Shown piece after piece: positions 58,272 through 64,000 of a stretch of DNA of 64,000 nucleotides. The position numbers and the translations under genes are program-made. The notes below the pieces were generated by a model. The model worked only from the letters and a program-made list of their open reading frames with translations. It searched no databases and was not told where the DNA came from. Where the stretch lies: contig JBGPIA010000014.1 of NCBI GenBank assembly GCA_041484665.1, positions 59,309-123,308 on the forward strand. The letters are read 5' to 3'. Within the stretch, counting starts at the first letter, position 1, and every line of letters begins with the position of its first letter. This DNA is from Candidatus Krumholzibacteriia bacterium. Its GTDB lineage: Bacteria; Krumholzibacteriota; Krumholzibacteriia; JAJRXK01.

Positions 58272-60056
58272 ATGAACCGCAGAACAATGCTCACCACTGC
58301 CGCGACGCTCTATTTCGGCATCCTGGCCCTCGCCATCAGCGCGGATGCCGCACCGCAAGCCCGGCCGCCTGGCGGCTCGCGGCCCCGCTCGCAGGCCGAC
58401 TCGCACACCGGCTCGCAGGCGGGTTCACACGCCGGCGCGCGGACCGGTTCACATGCCAACCCGCAGATCGTTACGTTGCCCGGCTCACCGCCGCTGGTGG
58501 AGGTGCGTGTCATGCTGCGCGCCGGCTCCGCGCACGATCCGGCGGGCAAGGAGGGCCTGGCCGCCCTCACCGCAAATGCCCTGCTTGAGGGAGGGTATGG
58601 AGATCCGGCCAAGCCCGTGACCAAAGACGAGCTGGCCCGCATCACGCGCCGCTGGGGCGAGAACGCCAAGCCCTCCGTGCTCCTGGACAAGGAGACCACG
58701 ACCTTCGTCTTCAACGTGCCCCGCGAGGTGCTGGCCGAGTACCGCCAGACCGTGCTCGAGCCGCTGTTCACGCGGCCGTTGTTCCTCAAGGAGGAGATCG
58801 ACCGGTTGCGCAACGAGGCCGTCACCAACCTGACCGCGTCGCTGCGCTACGAGGATATCGAGATTCTGGGACTGGAGGCTCTGGACGACGACGTTTTCAG
58901 CGGCACGTCCCGCGGCCATACGGTCACGGGCAGCGTGCAGGGCTTGCGCACAATCACACCGGACGACGTGCGGAGCTTCTACGTTACGTACTACAAGACG
59001 CCGAACATGATCCTGGGACTCAGCAGCGACGACGCGCCGGTCATCGACACGGTGCGTGCGGCGCTGGCCACGCTGGGCACGGCGCCAAAGGGCGGCAAGG
59101 CGCGCACGCTCAAGGCCGCGCGTCTGGCGCCGCCAGCGGTCGTCAGCGGCCGCGAGCTCACGATCGTGGGGCTGCCCGATGCGCCGGCGGCCAGCCTGCA
59201 TGCCGGGTTTCCCATCGAGGTCAGGCGGGACCATCCCGATTTCTGGCCGCTGTACGTCGCCAACGTGTACTTCGGCACGCACCGCGACGATCATGGGGTG
59301 CTCTACCAGCACATCCGTGAGCAGCGCGGCTACAACTACGGCGACTACTCCTACATCGAGCACTTCGCATTTCGGCCGTACGCGCTCTTTCCACCGTTCA
59401 ACACCCCGCGCGAACAGCAATACTTCAGCATCTGGATCCGCCCGGTGGCCGAGCAGTACACGCACCATATCCTCAAGGCCTTGACCTGGGAGCTGGAGAA
59501 CCTGTGGCGCAACGGCATCCCGCCTGAGGCGGTGGAACTGTCGAAGAACAAGGCGAAGGTGCTCTACCTGAACCTGGCCGAGACCAGCTCGCGGCTGCTC
59601 GCCGCGAAGATGGACGACGCGTACTACGGCACGCAGCCGGGGTACCTGCAGAGCTACCTCACGCACATCGATGCCGTCACGCCCGAGCAGGTCAATGCCG
59701 CAGTGCGCCGCCACCTGCGGCCGGACAATATCAAGTACCTGATCGTCGAGAAGATGGAGAAGGCGCGCGCGCTGGCCAATGATATCCGCCTCGACCGCAA
59801 CACGGCGGGCAAGACACCCGAGGAGTACCAGATCTCCTCCGCCGAGCAGGATGGCCAGAGGGTCTACGACATCCCGGAGGCGCGCCTGCACGTGCTGCAG
59901 CAGGACGCCGTGTGGGCGAGCACGCGCCTGGGCATCGATCCGCAGCGCATCCGCGTCGTGCCCGTAGAGGCGCTGTTCGAGACGGGGGCGTTCATCACCG
60001 AGGGGGTGGCGGCTGGCGGCGCTGCCGCCACCGCGAGCGCGGCGGGTCCGCGGTAG
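58272..60056 (+). CDS. Exported M16 peptidase-like protein, non-catalytic partner subunit
   Basis: GGAGG SD; signal peptide; AGSAHDPAGKEGLAALTA without HxxEH; IREQRGYNYG (R/Y motif). Confidence 0.88.
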   Translation: MNRRTMLTTAATLYFGILALAISADAAPQARPPGGSRPRSQADSHTGSQAGSHAGARTGSHANPQIVTLPGSPPLVEVRVMLRAGSAHDPAGKEGLAALTANALLEGGYGDPAKPVTKDELARITRRWGENAKPSVLLDKETTTFVFNVPREVLAEYRQTVLEPLFTRPLFLKEEIDRLRNEAVTNLTASLRYEDIEILGLEALDDDVFSGTSRGHTVTGSVQGLRTITPDDVRSFYVTYYKTPNMILGLSSDDAPVIDTVRAALATLGTAPKGGKARTLKAARLAPPAVVSGRELTIVGLPDAPAASLHAGFPIEVRRDHPDFWPLYVANVYFGTHRDDHGVLYQHIREQRGYNYGDYSYIEHFAFRPYALFPPFNTPREQQYFSIWIRPVAEQYTHHILKALTWELENLWRNGIPPEAVELSKNKAKVLYLNLAETSSRLLAAKMDDAYYGTQPGYLQSYLTHIDAVTPEQVNAAVRRHLRPDNIKYLIVEKMEKARALANDIRLDRNTAGKTPEEYQISSAEQDGQRVYDIPEARLHVLQQDAVWASTRLGIDPQRIRVVPVEALFETGAFITEGVAAGGAAATASAAGPR

Positions 60057-60195
60057 GGGGGCGGGAGGGCCCGCGGCTGGGGCTGCCCCTGCGGAGGCGG
60101 AAGGGGAGGCAGAAGGGGAACCGCCAGGGGAGTCGGCGGGACAGGTGCCCGAGGAGGGGGCGGTAGGGGCGGCGGGGCCGATCCGCGCGGCGAGC

Positions 60196-60426
60196 TCAGT
60201 CGTCGAGGTCGTCGCTTCGGACATCGAGGACTTGCAGCGCCTGCTGCAGGTCCTCTTCATTCACGAGCAGGCGCACGCCGCCGGAGAATTGCAGCTCCGG
60301 TCGCATCCCACCACAGTCGTCCGCGGAGACGAGCGCCGGGATCCCGGCCTGCTCCAGCACACCCCGGTCCAACGCTGCCGTGACCACATTCGGATAGGTG
60401 CGAAGGACGACGAGTCGGGCAGGCAT
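60196..60426 (-). CDS. DUF2007-like small protein
   Basis: RTY...A....GVLEQAGIP....D..GG...GVRLLV...DL..A...L pattern. Confidence 0.78.
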   Translation of the reverse strand: MPARLVVLRTYPNVVTAALDRGVLEQAGIPALVSADDCGGMRPELQFSGGVRLLVNEEDLQQALQVLDVRSDDLDD

Positions 60427-60644
60427 CGGGCGGATTCCTCGCGAGTCGAGTGGATTCGGTGGCGGGCGGCTCGGGTGTCGAGCAGCTCCGGAGGCGGGTC
60501 CCTCGGCTGTCGGGTGGCTCCGGTGGTACGTGGGTCGTGGGTCGAGCCACTCGCGCACCGAGTCCCCCAGATTCATCGTCTCCGTGGGCGCGAAGAAGGT
60601 AACCGTGAACGGGCCGCAGCGCCCGCTCACCCATGCCCCATCGC

Positions 60645-61343
60645 TCATGCATCCTTGACGACGAGGCGCATGATCGGCCGCGTGCGCGAGCGCCGCGCGA
60701 CCTCCTTGAAACCGGCCTTACGGAAGGCCGACGGCACTCCTGTCCAGATGAATGGGTCGGGAGTGCGGTCCATCGTCGGCTGGACGGGATAGCCTTCCAC
60801 GGTCCTGGCGCCCTTCTTTGCGGCGAATGCCGCGGCCTCCTGCAGCAATCTCGAGGAGACTCCGCAGCGGCGGTATGGCTTGAGCACGAACAGGCATGTG
60901 ATCGACCACACCGACTGCCCGTCGACAGGCCGCAACACGCGCGAGCGCGTGAGCGCGGGATACTTCTCGCGTGGCGCGATGGCGCACCACGCGATGGGCT
61001 GGCGGCCGCGATAGGCCAGCACTCCGGGCTGTTCGTTGGATGTGATGAGCTTGCGGAACGCGCGCTTGTTGCCGGCTGCCTTGTTCACCTTTCCCGCGTG
61101 CCACTCCTTGCGCGGCAGTCGCCAAGCCATACACCAGCACCCGCCACACGCGCCGCGCTCGCCGAACAGCGCCTCGACGTCCGCCCAGCGCGTGGGGGTC
61201 GCTGGATAGAACCTGAGTTGGGAGAGGTCGAGGGGTATAGGCGCTGGATCTCTTCGCACGCTCCCTGCCGCGTGTGGCGATGGATGGGGCGTCGAGCGCG
61301 GCGATGAGCGTGGCGCCGATGTGGACGAGGTTCGTTTCAGCAT
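60645..61343 (-). CDS. GNAT-family N-acetyltransferase; start uncertain
   Basis: WADVEALFG..GCWCMAWR, IAWCAIAPRE, WSITCLFV...YRRCGVS (acetyl-CoA motif), VEGYP, FRKAGF. Confidence 0.88.
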   Translation of the reverse strand: MLKRTSSTSAPRSSPRSTPHPSPHAAGSVRRDPAPIPLDLSQLRFYPATPTRWADVEALFGERGACGGCWCMAWRLPRKEWHAGKVNKAAGNKRAFRKLITSNEQPGVLAYRGRQPIAWCAIAPREKYPALTRSRVLRPVDGQSVWSITCLFVLKPYRRCGVSSRLLQEAAAFAAKKGARTVEGYPVQPTMDRTPDPFIWTGVPSAFRKAGFKEVARRSRTRPIMRLVVKDA

Positions 61344-61621
61344 GCTCGGCCCCCAACCTGTGGTTGACGCAGATATCGTATGCGCTGGAGTGCGCGCAGT
61401 CGATCCGCCGTCTTGGTCAGTGCGCCGCACGCTGTGCGGACAGTGGTGCATCGGCGAGTCGCTTGTCGCGACGCGTGCCCAGCCGCATGGCCCGCGAAGG
61501 GCGCGTCCGCGAGGGACACGGGTGCATGCGGCCCGGGGGGCGGGCGGCTTGGGGCGAGGACCTCCGGGTCCGGGCGGCCTGGGGGTCCGAGCGCCTCGGG
61601 TTCGGCGTTCCCCGCGCGCGA

Positions 61622-62186
61622 GCTGCAGTTCGCCTCCCTGCTCCTGGGCCGCGATGCCCCCCTGGACCAGCTGCTCGCCGCCATGGCGGCCGAGGTCAGC
61701 ACCGAGATCGAGATCACCGTATCCGCCGAGGAGGCCTGCCGCCGGTTCGGCGTCCGCCTGCATCCCGAGGGCGCCGACCTCGTGTCCCTGGCCAGGCGGG
61801 CCGCGGCCCACGGCGCCACCCAAGCTGACGCGACCGATGCCGCCGCAGCGCGGGCCGCCGACGCTTCCTCCGCTGACGGCGCCGTCGCGGCGCCGGTTAC
61901 CTCCATCGCCGCCGCCCGCCCCGCCGGCACGCATCCCTGCGCCCTGCCCCCCGAGCTCGTCTCCAACGCCCCGGCCTGGAAGCTCGCCGACGACCACCGT
62001 CAGCTCGCCCACGACCTCGACGTCCGCATGCGCGAGCTCGTCGCCACACTCAACCGCATCCAACTCTGGATCGAAGACGAGCTGCTCGCCCTCCTGGAGG
62101 AGGGCGTCTACGGCGAGCTCGGCTACCCCAGCTTCGAGCGGTTCTGCGCCAAGTGCCTGGGCATCCCGCGGCGCACCGCCTGGGAG
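61622..62186 (+). pseudogene. Internal fragment of the DUF222/HNH gene (near-identical copy of 4470-5040)
   Basis: Colinear match from gctgcagttcgcc to cgcctgggag, with a few substitutions and a 6-bp deletion; lacks the N-terminus and the HNH domain. Confidence 0.9.
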
Positions 62187-62554
62187 GCGGGAGGCAAAGA
62201 GAGTCTTGCGGCAGCGAACGTCTGTCTACATCACTATGCTACAATGTCTTAGACAGTAGGCTCACTCTAAGGTGATCGGCTAATCCGGGCTCCGCGGAGA
62301 CCAGGCGGAATAAGCGAGCGGCCCTTGGCCGACGCATCGCGCCCCACGAGGGACGAGATTCAAGCACTCAAGCCGGGCCGCCCTGATGCGGTAGCATCGT
62401 CTCTCCTCGGCTCTTTCCCGGAGGTGCTCGACGCCGCGGCACCGCCACATCGCCAGCACCCAGCACGCTCGTGATTCCTGCAGACCGTGCCTGCTCGCCC
62501 TCGCCCAACCGGGGCGGTTTGCTGCCCCCAGCCGAACAGCACTCGCTCGTTAGC

Positions 62555-62597
62555 GTTCACCAAAGGGTCGCGAGTTGGAGTCCCACCCGGGGAGCCA
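62555..62597 (+). pseudogene. Degenerate 3' half of a tRNA-Asn(GTT); possible att site
   Basis: gttcaccaaagggtcgcgagttggagtcccacccggggagcca resembles the tRNA-Asn 3' half (GTTAACC..AGGGTCG..GTTCGAGTC..ACC.GGGGAGCCA); no D-arm or 5' acceptor strand upstream. Confidence 0.65.
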
Positions 62598-62951
62598 GGT
62601 GATACGGCCTCGAACTCCGAGGCCCCGCGGGTTGACGCAGACCCCATCTCCCGGTCGAGGCGGGGTCGAGTCGAATTGTGTGCGGGAATGCGCAGGGATT
62701 GGCAGGTTTCCCTACCACTTATTCGGCCGAGTCCGTCCCGATCGCCAAGCCATCGCTCGGCTTCACCATCCTGCGTATCGCCCGATGGGCTGACCCAGCC
62801 CGAGAGCAGCTGGCGAGGCCCAACCGGCGACGCGGCGGCGCAATCGGGCGGAGGGCTACCCGCGAATCCGCGACGCGTCCGCCCGGTTCTTGGAGAATGC
62901 GATCGGGGGTCCGCAGGGGCCCGGTCGGCCCCTGCAGACACGCCGATTCGA

Positions 62952-63917
62952 TCAGTGCAGCATGGTGAGATGTCTCGCGCCGATCGAGCGGCCGTCGACG
63001 TCCAGCTTCACGACGTAAACACCGCCGGCCACCCTCTGCCCGTGGTTGTCTCGGGCGTCCCAGCTCGCCAGGTGGTGCCCGGCGGGCAGGCGCCCCAAGT
63101 CGAGTTGCCGCACCAATCGGCCCGCAAGGTCGTAGATGCGGGCGTGCACCGCGGAATCGCCGGCAAGTGAGAACGCCAACTGCGACGCACCCCCGCAGGG
63201 GTTGGGACACAGCGCCTCGAACACAGTGGTCCGGCTTCCCGGCGAGGGTGCGGCCGTCACGCCGGTGAAGTCCAGGGTGCCCGGGTAGCTTGTCGTGCTG
63301 CCACAGCTATTGGTGGCCACGACCGTGTAGGCGCCGTGATCGTTCCAGACGGAATTCAAAATGCTGAGTACCAGCGTGGTGGCCCCGCTGATCGTTGAAC
63401 CGTTGCCTGTCGGCCCGTCCGACAGCGGAAGACCGTTGTGATACCACAGGTAGGTAACTCCGCTGAAGCCGCTCGCGATCTGGGCGGTGAAGGTGACGAT
63501 GTCCCCGAGTTGCACCGTCTGCGAGAATGGAGACGGATTCGCCGAGAACCACGGCAGGCCGGTCTCGTTGTACCGTGCCCAGAATGGCGAGTACAGGGGC
63601 AAGTAGGGGTGGCCGAAATGAACATTCTGAAAACTTCCTCCTACGTGGACCTCGCCGTTGTACGATCCCAACGCGTATACGGTATTGTCTGCCCCGTGGA
63701 TGTCATGCCAGGTGCCGTCCCAGTACCCAATGCGATTGGCCGGAACGCCGCCGATGAGGGTGAAGTCGCCCGCGACGTAGAGCCGGGCCCCGTTGCTTAC
63801 CAGAGCGCGCACGTTGCTGTTCGCACCACCGGTCGAGAAAGTCGAGTAGGAGGCGCCATTATACCCCACTGTTGCATAAAGTGCGCTTGAGTTTGTGATG
63901 TCACGCGGCGATGGCAC
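62952..63917 (-). CDS. C-terminal part of a secreted beta-propeller/Ig-domain protein with FlgD-Ig CTD; probably truncated or frameshifted
   Basis: LYVAGDFT.IGGV.ANRI..WDG.W repeats; I-set-like YLWYHNG..DHGAYTVVATNSCG; PNP..WDARD..VAGGVY CTD; no signal peptide and an in-frame stop near 63965. Confidence 0.7.
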   Translation of the reverse strand: MPSPRDITNSSALYATVGYNGASYSTFSTGGANSNVRALVSNGARLYVAGDFTLIGGVPANRIGYWDGTWHDIHGADNTVYALGSYNGEVHVGGSFQNVHFGHPYLPLYSPFWARYNETGLPWFSANPSPFSQTVQLGDIVTFTAQIASGFSGVTYLWYHNGLPLSDGPTGNGSTISGATTLVLSILNSVWNDHGAYTVVATNSCGSTTSYPGTLDFTGVTAAPSPGSRTTVFEALCPNPCGGASQLAFSLAGDSAVHARIYDLAGRLVRQLDLGRLPAGHHLASWDARDNHGQRVAGGVYVVKLDVDGRSIGARHLTMLH

Positions 63918-64000
63918 CTTCCAGGAGGTGCTCGAAGTGGCCCTGGACGGTCCCGTTTGCGCTCATCGTGAGGACTGCCGTACCGCTGTTGTTGGTGAGC

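Noticed and set aside
60057..60190. G-rich purine tract with G-quadruplex potential between convergent genes
   Set aside because: Expected by chance in low-complexity intergenic DNA at this GC content
61344..62063. N-terminal half of the 472-aa ORF 60645-62063
   Set aside because: It is the antisense reading of the duplicated HNH fragment, not part of the GNAT protein
62521..62597. Intact functional tRNA
   Set aside because: 5' acceptor strand and D-arm are missing and the T-loop is mutated

Overview
A very GC-rich bacterial window. Seven exported proteins end in a FlgD-Ig/T9SS-like C-terminal sorting domain and a PorV-like barrel is present, which suggests an FCB-related candidate lineage such as Eisenbacteria or Krumholzibacteriota (inference only). 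The core (about 12.8-45.7 kb) is a 15-gene alpha-glucan (starch/glycogen/maltodextrin) utilisation locus. It encodes two GH13 enzymes, a GH57, an amylo-alpha-1,6-glucosidase, CBM20/CBM48/DOMON binding proteins and a MalEFGK ABC transporter. No SusC/SusD or LamB is recognisable; instead there are two mutually paralogous unknown outer-membrane barrels (one fused to CBM48), a CBM48 lipoprotein, and a type-B-CTD surface protein paired with a PorV/PorP-like barrel. A second module (48.8-56.1 kb) combines two ECF sigma factors, a transmembrane anti-sigma-like protein, a TPR-CHAT caspase-like protease and a non-RD Ser/Thr kinase. Signs of mobile DNA are a DUF222/HNH-like gene with internal 60-bp repeats, a near-identical 565-bp fragment of it 57 kb away, and a degenerate tRNA-Asn 3' half (possible att scar). 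All calls come from reading motifs by eye; no database searches were run and several start codons are uncertain.
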